A stretch of DNA of 64,000 nucleotides from Vicinamibacterales bacterium. Lineage in GTDB: Bacteria; Acidobacteriota; Vicinamibacteria; Vicinamibacterales; UBA8438. Shown one piece after another: positions 47,040 through 55,956 of the stretch. Positions within the stretch are counted from its first letter, which is position 1; each line of letters opens with the position of its first letter. The stretch spans positions 749,159 to 813,158 of the forward strand of contig OZ244881.1 in NCBI GenBank assembly GCA_965221305.1, read 5' to 3'. The translations under genes and the position numbers were made by a program. The notes beneath the pieces are model-generated. The model ran no database searches and was not told where the DNA came from. It was given only the letters and a program-made list of their open reading frames with translations.

Positions 47040-49934
47040 TCAGGCCTGCGGCAACAGCTCCGCGAGCAGCTGAGCCGGGTGCACGGCCCGGGCAGCGGCG
47101 AGGTCGTGCACCTGATGCCGGCAGGAGACCCCCGCCGCGACCAGGCGTTCGTTCGGCCCGAGGGCGCGGGCGGCGGGCAGAAGACGGCGTTCGCCGATGC
47201 GGCGGGAGAGGTCGAAGTGCTCGCGGGCGTAGCCGAACGACCCCGCCATGCCGCAGCAGCCGGCGTCGAGGTCGACCACCTCGGCGCCGGGAATGCGGGA
47301 CAGCAGGGCCCGGGCCGGTGGCAGGAGGCCCAGCGCCTTCTGATGGCAGTGCCCGTGCAGTAGCAGCCGCTCGGGGCCGGTCTGCAGGTCGAGGCTGATG
47401 GTCCCGGCGCCCAGCTCGCGTTCCAGCCATTCCTCGAACAGAACACATGCGCCGGCGACTTCGCGCGCCCGCCGCTGCGCCTCTCCGCGCAGCAGCGACG
47501 GGAGGTCGTCGCGCAGGGAGGACAGGCAGCTCGGCTCGAGGACGACGATCGGCCGCCCCGCCTCGGCGAGGGGACGAAGGCGGGCCACCGCGTCCTCGCC
47601 CCGGCGCCGCGCCTCGCGCAGCAGGCCTTGCGAGATGAGCGGGCGGCCGCAGCAGACGTCCGGCCCGAGGGCGACCCCGATCCCGGCCCGTTCGCAGACC
47701 GTCGCCGCCGCCAGCCCGATCTCCGGGTGGTAGTAGTTGGTGAACGTGTCCGCGAACAGGACGACGGACGCGCCGTCGACGGCGGCGGGACGAGGACGCG
47801 CGCGCCACTGTGCCCGCAGGGTGCGGGTCGCCCACGTCGGCAGCGCCCGCCGGCGGTCGAGGCCGATCAATCGCTCGTTCAGGGCGCGCACCCAGGGCAT
47901 GCCGAGCCACGGGTTGACGAGCCGGGCCAGCGGGCTCGCCACCGCCGACAGCTCCCGGATGTGCCCCAGCAGCCGCGCCCGCAGCGGCGTCCCGTGCCGG
48001 GCGTGGTAGTCGGCGAGGAACTCCGCCTTGAACCGCGCCATGTCCACCCCGACCGGGCACTCCGCCTTGCACGCCCGGCACTCCAGGCACAGGTCGAGGG
48101 CGTCGTGCACCCCCCGGTCGCCAAGTCCCGCCTCGTCGAGGCGACCGGTCATCGCCGACCGCAGGGCGTTGGCCCGCCCCCGGGTGGAGTGCGTCTCGTC
48201 GCGGGTGGCCATGTAGGACGGGCACATGGTGCCGTCCAGCGTCTTCCGGCATGCGCCGACGCCGCTGCACATCTCGACCGCACGCCCGAGGCCGCCGAAC
48301 GCCGCGTAGTCGAAGAAGCCCTCGGGCTGCGGCGTGCGGTAATCGGGGCCGTAGCGGAGGTTGGCGGTCAGGGGCGGCGCGTCGACGATCTTGCCGGGAT
48401 TGAACAACCCCGCCGGGTCGAACGTGCGCTTGACGGTGCGGAACGCCTCGTAGAGCTCCGGGCCGAACATGCGCGCCATGAACGGGCCGCGCACCAGCCC
48501 GTCGCCATGCTCGCCCGAGAGGGCGCCCCCGTACTCCAGCACCAGCTCGGCGATGTCGTCGGCGATGGCCTCGAACTGCCGCACCCCCGCCTCGGTCTTC
48601 ATGTTGACGACGGGGCGCACGTGCAGGCAGCCGACGGAGGCGTGCGCGTAGACCCCGGTGGTGCTGCCGTGGCGCTTCACGATGTCGAGGAAGCGGGCGA
48701 TGTAGTCGCGCAGCCGCGCCGGGGCCACCGCGGTGTCCTCGACGAAGGAGATGCTCTTGGCGTCGCCCTTCATCGCCATCGACAGCCCCAGCGACGACTG
48801 CCGCAGGCGCCAGATGCGAGCCTGGGCGGCGGCGTCGAGGGCCCGGGTCGTGCGGCACGCGATGCCCCGCCCGGCGAGGTCCTGCTCGATGGCCTGGAGG
48901 CGGCCGGGCAGCTCGTCCGCGTCGTCGGCGTAGAGCTCGACGCAGAGGAGGGCGCCCGGCGTCCCGTCGCCCTGCAGCACCGCCCGCCGCAGCGCGTCGA
49001 GGGCTGGGCTCTCGCGGGCGTGGTCGAGGATGAAGCGGTCCATGACTTCGACCGCCGATGGCCGGTGCTCGAGGATCGCGGGAGTCGCCCCGAGGGCGTC
49101 GAGGAGGTCGTCGAACTCGAGGGCGAGCACCGCCTTGGCGTCGGGCAGGGGCACCAGGTTGACCCGCGCCTCGACGACGAGGCCGAGGGTGCCCTCGGAG
49201 CCGACGATCAGCTCGGCGAGGTTGAACGGCCGGGACGGGTCGGTGAACCGATCGAGGTTGTAGCCGCCGACGCGGCGCAGGATCTTGGGGTAGCGGCGGT
49301 CGATCTCGGCCGCGTGGGCCGGCGCCAGCTCGCGAACGGTCCGATAGCAGGCGCCCTCGAGGGTGTCGGCCGCGCAGGCCGCCTCGAGCTCCTCCGGGGC
49401 GAGGGGGCGCAGGTGGGCGACGGACCCGTCGCCGAGCGCCACGTGCAGGTCGAGCACATGGTCGATGGTCTTGCCGTACAGCACCGAGCGCGCCCCGCTC
49501 GAGTTGTTGCTGATCATGCCGCCGACGGTGGCCCGGTTGGCGGTCGAGATGTCGGGGGCGAAGCGCAGTCGATGCGGCGCGAGGTGCGCGTTCAGCTCGT
49601 CGAGGACGATGCCGGGCTCGATGCGCGCCCACCGCTCCTCCGGGTTCACCTCCAGCACCCGGTTGAAGAACCGCGAGGTGTCGAGCTGCAGCCCGTCGCC
49701 GATGGCCTGGCCGGCCTGCGACGTGCCGCCGCCGCGCGCGGTGATCGACACCCCGTGCCGGCGCGCGATCTCGATGGTGCGCAGCACGTCCTCGCGGTTG
49801 CGGACGACCACGACGCCGATGGGCTCGATCTGGTAGACGCTGGCGTCGGTCGAGTAGAGCGAGCGGCTGATGCGGTCGAAGCGCACTTCGCCGTCGATGC
49901 ACGCTTCGAGGTCGCGTTGCAGGCGGTCGCTCAC
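47040..49934 (-). CDS. FAD-binding + 4Fe-4S oxidoreductase (2-hydroxyacid dehydrogenase, GlcD/GlcF-fusion type)
   Basis: RGGGTS, GEHGDG, CSGVGAC, CLECRACKAECP, CCG domains and HGHCH; TATACT 6 nt upstream of the GTG. Confidence 0.93.
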   Translation of the reverse strand: MSDRLQRDLEACIDGEVRFDRISRSLYSTDASVYQIEPIGVVVVRNREDVLRTIEIARRHGVSITARGGGTSQAGQAIGDGLQLDTSRFFNRVLEVNPEERWARIEPGIVLDELNAHLAPHRLRFAPDISTANRATVGGMISNNSSGARSVLYGKTIDHVLDLHVALGDGSVAHLRPLAPEELEAACAADTLEGACYRTVRELAPAHAAEIDRRYPKILRRVGGYNLDRFTDPSRPFNLAELIVGSEGTLGLVVEARVNLVPLPDAKAVLALEFDDLLDALGATPAILEHRPSAVEVMDRFILDHARESPALDALRRAVLQGDGTPGALLCVELYADDADELPGRLQAIEQDLAGRGIACRTTRALDAAAQARIWRLRQSSLGLSMAMKGDAKSISFVEDTAVAPARLRDYIARFLDIVKRHGSTTGVYAHASVGCLHVRPVVNMKTEAGVRQFEAIADDIAELVLEYGGALSGEHGDGLVRGPFMARMFGPELYEAFRTVKRTFDPAGLFNPGKIVDAPPLTANLRYGPDYRTPQPEGFFDYAAFGGLGRAVEMCSGVGACRKTLDGTMCPSYMATRDETHSTRGRANALRSAMTGRLDEAGLGDRGVHDALDLCLECRACKAECPVGVDMARFKAEFLADYHARHGTPLRARLLGHIRELSAVASPLARLVNPWLGMPWVRALNERLIGLDRRRALPTWATRTLRAQWRARPRPAAVDGASVVLFADTFTNYYHPEIGLAAATVCERAGIGVALGPDVCCGRPLISQGLLREARRRGEDAVARLRPLAEAGRPIVVLEPSCLSSLRDDLPSLLRGEAQRRAREVAGACVLFEEWLERELGAGTISLDLQTGPERLLLHGHCHQKALGLLPPARALLSRIPGAEVVDLDAGCCGMAGSFGYAREHFDLSRRIGERRLLPAARALGPNERLVAAGVSCRHQVHDLAAARAVHPAQLLAELLPQA

Positions 49935-50096
49935 GGGGGGAGTATATCCTTGCCCCGCCCCCGGCCCGGGAGCTCCGGAGCGCAAGTCGCCGCCGCGGCG
50001 GACGGCGATGCGCGTCCTCGCTCGACACTTCTCGTTGAGCGAGGCGCATGCGGGGCTCGCTGGGCGCCTGCGGCCCGGGCGTGACGCGCCGGCCCG

Positions 50097-50344
50097 TCCG
50101 ATGGCTGCCGACGCGGCTTCGGTCAGGTTGCCATCAGCGCCGAGTCGGACGGGGGCGAATCGTGGTCCATCCCACGGTTGCCGACGCGGCGTCGGTCAGG
50201 TCGCCATCAGGGCCGAGCTGGAAGGGGCGAGCCGTGGTCCATCCGACGGTTGCCGACGGGGCGTCGGTCAGGTCGCCATCAGCGCCGAGCTGGGCGGGGG
50301 CGAGCCGTGGTGCAGCCGACGGCTGCCGACGCGGCTCCGGTCAG
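50097..50344. repeat. 72-73-bp tandem repeat (~3.3 units) with a CCGACG-CGG-CGTCGG hairpin
   Basis: TGCCGACG units at 50106, 50179, 50251 and 50324. Confidence 0.88.
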
Positions 50345-50472
50345 AGCTTGCGGCCCCGCTCTGTCGGAGCCCGGCGGCCGGGTGTCGGTCGGAAGAGCGA
50401 GGGCGGCGGCCGGGATGATAGATTGTGCGGGCTGCATCCGACCTCCGTGTCGAGAAACGAGAGAGCGCGCGC

Positions 50473-51660
50473 ATGTCCTACCGAGCCGGCCGTCACTTCC
50501 TGCAGATCCCCGGACCCACCAACGTGCCCGACCGGGTGCTGCGGGCGATGTCGCAGCCCACCATCGACCACCGCGGTCCCGAGTTCCAGGCCCTCGGGCG
50601 AGAGCTGCTCGACGGGGTGCGCGAGGTGTTCGGCACGACCCGGCCGGTGGTCATCTTCCCGGCGTCGGGCACCGGCGCGTGGGAGGCGGCCCTCGTCAAC
50701 GTGCTGTCGCCGGGCGATCGCGTCCTCATGTTCGAGACCGGCCACTTCGCGACGCTGTGGAAGCAGATCGCCGAGCGGATGGGCCTCGACGTCGAGTGGG
50801 TCGCCGGCGACTGGCGGCGCGGGGTGGACCCCGCACAGGTCGAGGAGCATCTGCAGGAGGACCGCGAGCACGCCATCAAGGCGGTGTGCGTCGTGCACAA
50901 CGAGACGTCGACGGGGGTCGCGAGCCGCATTCCCCTCGTCCGCCACGCCATCGACCACGCCCGGCACCCCGCCCTCTTCATCGTCGACACCATCTCGTCG
51001 CTGGGGTCCATCGACTACCGGCACGACGAGTGGGGGGTCGACGTCACGGTGGGGGCGTCCCAGAAGGGGTTGATGCTGCCGCCGGGGCTCAGCTTCAACG
51101 CCGTCGGCGAAAAGGCCCTCGCCGCCCACGGCCGCTCGACCCTGCCGCGCGCCTACTGGGACTGGAGCGCGGTCCTCGCGGCCAACGAGAAGGGGTTCTT
51201 CCCGTACACGCCGGCCACCAACCTTCTCTACGGGCTGAAGGAGGCGTTGGCCATGCTGCGCGAGGAGGGGCTGCCGCAGGTGTTCGCCCGGCACGCCCGC
51301 CACGCCGAGGCGACGCGGCGGGCGGTCCGGGCATGGGGCCTCGAGATCCTGTGCGCCGTCCCCGAGGAGTACAGCGACTCGATCACCGCGGTGATGATGC
51401 CCGATGGGCACGACGCGGACCGCGTGCGGGGGGTGGTGCTCGACCGCTTCGACATGTCGCTGGGGGTGGGGCTGACGAAGCTCGCCGGTCGCGTCTTCCG
51501 CATCGGCCACCTCGGCGACCTCAACGACCTGAGCCTGCTCGGCACCCTGGCCGGGGTCGAGATGGGGCTGCGGCTCAGCGAAGTGCCGGTCGCCGCGAGC
51601 GGCATCGAAACGGCAATGGGCTATCTGGCGGAGTGCGCGCCGGCCGCACCGGCGCGGTGA
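50473..51660 (+). CDS. Serine/alanine-glyoxylate aminotransferase (class V PLP)
   Basis: GRHFLQIPGPTN, VHNETSTG, DTISSL, SQKGLMLPPG and FRIGHLG. Confidence 0.93.
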   Translation: MSYRAGRHFLQIPGPTNVPDRVLRAMSQPTIDHRGPEFQALGRELLDGVREVFGTTRPVVIFPASGTGAWEAALVNVLSPGDRVLMFETGHFATLWKQIAERMGLDVEWVAGDWRRGVDPAQVEEHLQEDREHAIKAVCVVHNETSTGVASRIPLVRHAIDHARHPALFIVDTISSLGSIDYRHDEWGVDVTVGASQKGLMLPPGLSFNAVGEKALAAHGRSTLPRAYWDWSAVLAANEKGFFPYTPATNLLYGLKEALAMLREEGLPQVFARHARHAEATRRAVRAWGLEILCAVPEEYSDSITAVMMPDGHDADRVRGVVLDRFDMSLGVGLTKLAGRVFRIGHLGDLNDLSLLGTLAGVEMGLRLSEVPVAASGIETAMGYLAECAPAAPAR

Positions 51661-52045
51661 CGGCGTGCCCCCCAAATATGCACCTGGCTGCGCCGAGCAA
51701 CAGGGCGAGACCGCCCAACAAGCCGCACCGCCTCGGTGACGGCGTGCCCGCCGTATGCACGCCGCGTTACGCCGCGTGCACTCCGCTCGTGAAGGGCAGC
51801 GTCGCATCCCGAGGAGCACGGCTATCGTCTGTCCGCGTCGTTATCCCTCCGATCTGAACGTAGGCCGAGCGCCTCGATATTGCACCCTGCCGGAGCGGAA
51901 CAGGAACCAGGTGACCTTCGGCGCTTGGGGGACATTCCGGTTGATCGGGCGTCGGGCCTGACGGAGAATGCTCCGAGCCGCGACGCCTGCGGGCGGCGGC
52001 GACACAGGCGCCGCTGCAAGCGGCCAGAAGAGTGGGAGAGCAGAG

Positions 52046-53356
52046 ATGAATGGCACGCAGAGTCGGTGGCACGGCGGCTTCGTGACCCGCGCCGGCATGC
52101 TCGCGGTCGTGGCCGGCGCGCTCCTGGCCCCGGCCGTGGCGGCGGCCGGGCAGGCGAGGGGCGGCGACGTGACGTTCACCCGGGACGTGCTGCCGATACT
52201 GCAGCGAGCCTGCCAGCAGTGCCATCGCCCCGGCTCGGTGGCGCCGATGTCGCTGCTGACGTACGAAGAGGTGCGGCCGTGGGCGCGGGCCGTCCGCGAC
52301 AAGACCGCGCAGCGCGAGATGCCGCCGTGGTTCATCGAGCGCAACGTCGGCGTCAAGCGCTTCAAGGAGGATCCGTCGCTGTCGGACGCGGAGATCGCGA
52401 CCATCGGCCGCTGGGTCGACGCCGGCGCCCCGCGCGGGAACCCCGCCGACGCGCCGCCGCCCATCGAGCTCGAGTCGCTCGAAGACTGGCGCATCGGGAC
52501 GCCGGAGTGGATCGTGGAGCTGCCCGAGCCGGTGGTGGTCGGCGCCGTCGACGCGGACCGCTGGCTCGACATCTGGGCCGACTCGCGGTTGACCACCGAC
52601 CGCTACATCAAGGCGGTCGAGACCAAGCCGTCGCCCGGGGCGCACCGCGTGGTGCATCACGTCGCCACGTCCATGACGTGGGAGGAGGAGGACGGCGAGG
52701 AGGGCGGCGGTTTCCTCAACGAGTACGCGATGGGGAAGAACGGCGACATCTTTCCCGACGGCACCGGCCGGCTGATCCGGGCGGGGACGCAGATCCGCTT
52801 CAACATGCACTACAGCTCGGTGGGGGAGGAGATTGCCGACCGCACGCGGGTCGGTTTCCAGTTCTATCCCGAGGGCCACGTGCCCGAGCGGGTGCTGATC
52901 TCGCGGCACGTCGGCGACAGCTTCGACACCATCGACATTCCCGCCGGCGCCGACGACGTGCGCAGCGACGGCTACTACGTGCTGCCCGAGCCCACGCAGG
53001 TCACGGGTTTCCAGCCCCACATGCACATTCGCGGCAAACGCATGTGCGTCGAGGCCATCCACCCCGACGGCCTCATCGAGACGCTGAGCTGCACCGGCCA
53101 CAACTTCGGCTGGCACATCGTCTACAACTACGCCGACGAGGAGGCGCCGCTGCTGCCGGCGGGCACCATCCTCCACGTCATCGGCTGGCACGACAACACC
53201 GCCGCCAATCGCTACAACCCCGACCCGAAGAACTGGGTGGGGTTCGGCAACCGGTCGATCGACGACATGAGCTTCGCGTGGATGAGCTTCTTCCACATGC
53301 CGGAGGACATCTACGAGCAGAGGCTGGCCGAGCGGCGGCTCGCCGGCAGCGAGTAG
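52046..53356 (+). CDS. Secreted cytochrome c + copper type II monooxygenase-like protein
   Basis: CQQCH, REMPPW, VVHH, NMHY, PHMH and DDM; paralog of 2336-3823. Confidence 0.82.
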   Translation: MNGTQSRWHGGFVTRAGMLAVVAGALLAPAVAAAGQARGGDVTFTRDVLPILQRACQQCHRPGSVAPMSLLTYEEVRPWARAVRDKTAQREMPPWFIERNVGVKRFKEDPSLSDAEIATIGRWVDAGAPRGNPADAPPPIELESLEDWRIGTPEWIVELPEPVVVGAVDADRWLDIWADSRLTTDRYIKAVETKPSPGAHRVVHHVATSMTWEEEDGEEGGGFLNEYAMGKNGDIFPDGTGRLIRAGTQIRFNMHYSSVGEEIADRTRVGFQFYPEGHVPERVLISRHVGDSFDTIDIPAGADDVRSDGYYVLPEPTQVTGFQPHMHIRGKRMCVEAIHPDGLIETLSCTGHNFGWHIVYNYADEEAPLLPAGTILHVIGWHDNTAANRYNPDPKNWVGFGNRSIDDMSFAWMSFFHMPEDIYEQRLAERRLAGSE

Positions 53357-53370
53357 TTGGGGAGGGCGCC

Positions 53371-54240
53371 GTGCCGATTCTCCACAGCCGCGATCGGAAG
53401 CCCGGCCTCTCGTTCGGGGTCGTCGTGGCGGCGCTGGCGGGTCTCGGCCTCGCGGCCGCGGCGCCGACCGTGGTCGCGCAGACCTACCACAGCGGTCAGA
53501 ACCTGCAGCCGGTCTTCGAGGGTTGGATGCAGAACCCGGACGGCACGTTCGAGATGCTGTTCGGGTACCTGAACCGGAACTACGAGGAGGAGCTGAACAT
53601 CCCGGTCGGGCCCGACAACTTCCTCGAGCCGGGCGACCTCGACCAGGGGCAGCCGACCTACTTCTACCCACGCCGCCAGCGGTTCGTGTGGCAGGTCACG
53701 GTGCCCGCCGACTGGGGCGACCGGGAGCTGGTGTGGACGGTGACCGCTCACGGCCGGACCGACCGCGCGGTCGGCTGGCTGGTGCCCGAGCAGATCATCG
53801 ACGAGCAGGTCGTCGCCATGAACCGCGCCGGCGGCGGCGCCCCCGAGGTGGAGAACGACCCGCCGACGATCGAGCTGCCGGAGGGCCGCCGGCGCACCGT
53901 CGCGGTGGGAGAAACGCTGTCGCTGACCGCGGTCATCGGCGACGACGGCGTGCCCGCGATGCGCCCCGCCCGCAACAGCCGCCCGCCGGGCCGTCGCAAC
54001 GCGCTCGGCTTGCGGCTGGCCTGGATTCAGTACCGCGGGCCGGGGACGGTGGACTTCGATCCGTTCGTCCCGCCGATGATGGACCACACGCCGGGGTGGA
54101 CCCCGCCGCCGCTTCCCGAGGATGGCCGCATCGTGACCACGGCCGTTTTCAGCGAGCCGGGGACCTACGTGATCAGGGCGATGGCCGACGACGGCTACCT
54201 CTACACCCCGGCCGACGTGACGGTGACGGTGACGCGGTAG
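53371..54240 (+). CDS. Hypothetical secreted protein with a C-terminal Ig/PKD-like segment
   Basis: GQNLQPVFEGW, FGYLNRN, QPTYFYPRR and FSEPGTYVIRAMADDG. Confidence 0.8.
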   Translation: MPILHSRDRKPGLSFGVVVAALAGLGLAAAAPTVVAQTYHSGQNLQPVFEGWMQNPDGTFEMLFGYLNRNYEEELNIPVGPDNFLEPGDLDQGQPTYFYPRRQRFVWQVTVPADWGDRELVWTVTAHGRTDRAVGWLVPEQIIDEQVVAMNRAGGGAPEVENDPPTIELPEGRRRTVAVGETLSLTAVIGDDGVPAMRPARNSRPPGRRNALGLRLAWIQYRGPGTVDFDPFVPPMMDHTPGWTPPPLPEDGRIVTTAVFSEPGTYVIRAMADDGYLYTPADVTVTVTR

Positions 54241-54391
54241 GGGTCCGCGGCGTGGAGCGGCGCGGACTCCTGGCAAGGTGGGCCGGGCGCCAAGCCGGCG
54301 CTGCGGGACGACGATTGGTGGGCCGAGTCGCGTAGGTCGGTGAACCGAGGGGTCGGGCCAGCGGGGCCGTGCCTCGGGCCGTGGCCTCGCG

Positions 54392-54609
54392 CTAGTTGAC
54401 CGTCCTTGAGAAGAGCTGCCCATGTCGCGGGGCGTTTTCGCAGCGCTTGCCAGCGAAAACCAGCGACAGCACGGCGAAGGAAGCTCCGGGACGGTCCACT
54501 AGTTGACCGTCGCTGAGAGAAGCTGCCCGTGTCGCGAGGCGTTTTCGCAGCGTCTGCCAGCGAAAACCAGCGACAGGACGGCTAGGGAAGTTCCGGGGCC
54601 GTCCACTAG
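54392..54609 (+). mobile_element. Two tandem 111-bp MITE copies sharing a central CTAG
   Basis: CTAGTTGACCGT...CGGTCCACTAG / ...CGTCCACTAG; units 54392-54502 and 54499-54609. Confidence 0.88.
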
Positions 54610-54724
54610 TGGTCGAGGGCCGCGCCGCGGGATCGGTCGAGCGAGGCGGTGGCGCGAGTCCGCGATCCGACCGGGGATGGCCGGCGGTTTCGAACTGCGG
54701 CAGACCGTGGGGAAGGAGAGAGCG

Positions 54725-55708
54725 ATGCACAGGGCGCTATTCCGGACGATCGGTGTCGTGGGGCTGATGTTCCTGGCGCCCCTGGCCGGCTGCGACGGCG
54801 AGGGACCGGCGGAGGAGGCGGTCGAGGAGGCGGCCGCGGCCAACCCGATGGACCGTTTCGCCGGCGCGTGGTCGCTCGTGCGCAGCGAGCGTCGTGATGC
54901 GGAGGGCGAGCTGATCGGCGAGCCGCGCGAGGACCGCGTCGGCTACATCATGTACGACGCCACCGGCTACATGGGGGTGACGCTGATGAGCCCCGACCGG
55001 GAGCCGTACGCCGAGGGCGGGCCGACCCCCGACGAGGCGCTGGCCCAGCTCGGCAGCTACGCGTCCTACTTCGGGCGCTACAGCGTGAACGAGGAGGAGG
55101 GCTACGTCACCCACCACCTCGAGGGCAGCCTCAACCCGTCCGGCGCGGGGTCGGACTACCAGCGGTTCTTCACCTTCGAGGGCGACAACTTGATCCTCCA
55201 GCCGCCCGCCGGCGAGGACGGGGCGCGGTCGTACATCACCTGGGAGAGGCTGCCCGACCTGCCGGAGTCGGCGCTCACCGACACCCACCGGCGGCTCTTC
55301 GGCTTCTACCGGGTCGAGTCGGTGACGCGCGAGACCGGCGACGGCGAGTCGGTACCCGCAGACCAGTACGAGACGGCGTACATCGCGTACGCCCCGTCCG
55401 GACACATGTCGGTGCATCTGATGCGGGCCGGTCGCCAGCCCTACGCGGGCGATGAGCCGACGCCGGACGAGGCCCTCGCGGTGGTGGACACCTACGGGAG
55501 CTACTTCGGGCCGTTCTCGGTCAACGAGGAGGAGGGCTACCTCGTGCACCATCGCATCGGCAACGAGAACCCGAACCAGAGCGGCACCGACGCGCAGCGC
55601 TTCTACGAGCTGACCGAGACGCACCTCAATCTGATGCCGCCCCCGGCGACCGACGACGAGGGGCGCGAGGTGCAGAGCACGATACGCTGGGCCCGCATCA
55701 GCGACTGA
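54725..55708 (+). CDS. Lipoprotein with two tandem lipocalin-like domains
   Basis: Lipobox LAGC; duplicated GAW/GYM/SYFG.YSVNEEEGY..HH motifs. Confidence 0.82.
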   Translation: MHRALFRTIGVVGLMFLAPLAGCDGEGPAEEAVEEAAAANPMDRFAGAWSLVRSERRDAEGELIGEPREDRVGYIMYDATGYMGVTLMSPDREPYAEGGPTPDEALAQLGSYASYFGRYSVNEEEGYVTHHLEGSLNPSGAGSDYQRFFTFEGDNLILQPPAGEDGARSYITWERLPDLPESALTDTHRRLFGFYRVESVTRETGDGESVPADQYETAYIAYAPSGHMSVHLMRAGRQPYAGDEPTPDEALAVVDTYGSYFGPFSVNEEEGYLVHHRIGNENPNQSGTDAQRFYELTETHLNLMPPPATDDEGREVQSTIRWARISD

Positions 55709-55956
55709 ACGGGCGTCATCCGCTCGTGGCCTGCATCGAGCTGGCCCGGGGGCGGGGCGCGCGCCGGCAGGGAGATCGCCGCACCAGGATGTCCCGTTCG
55801 CCGGTCATCAATGGCGACGACGAGCGAGGCCGTTGCGTTGCCCTCGTACTCTCGCCTACGACGGCTCCCCGCCGGCGCGGAGGCCGGCGGTCCGGCCTGG
55901 GTCCTCTTCGCGTGGGCGGGGGCCGAGACGCTTCACGGGTAACCGGGAGGATTCGA

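Noticed and set aside
47014-50084. Very long alternative ORFs (1011 aa, 818 aa) and many similar ones elsewhere (e.g. 60201-62717, 25088-27331, 28090-30108)
   Set aside because: Arg/Pro/Gly-rich shadow or antisense frames of well-supported genes; expected at this GC content
50097-50344. CRISPR call for this array and for 34016-34210
   Set aside because: Units are similar along their full length, with no unique spacers
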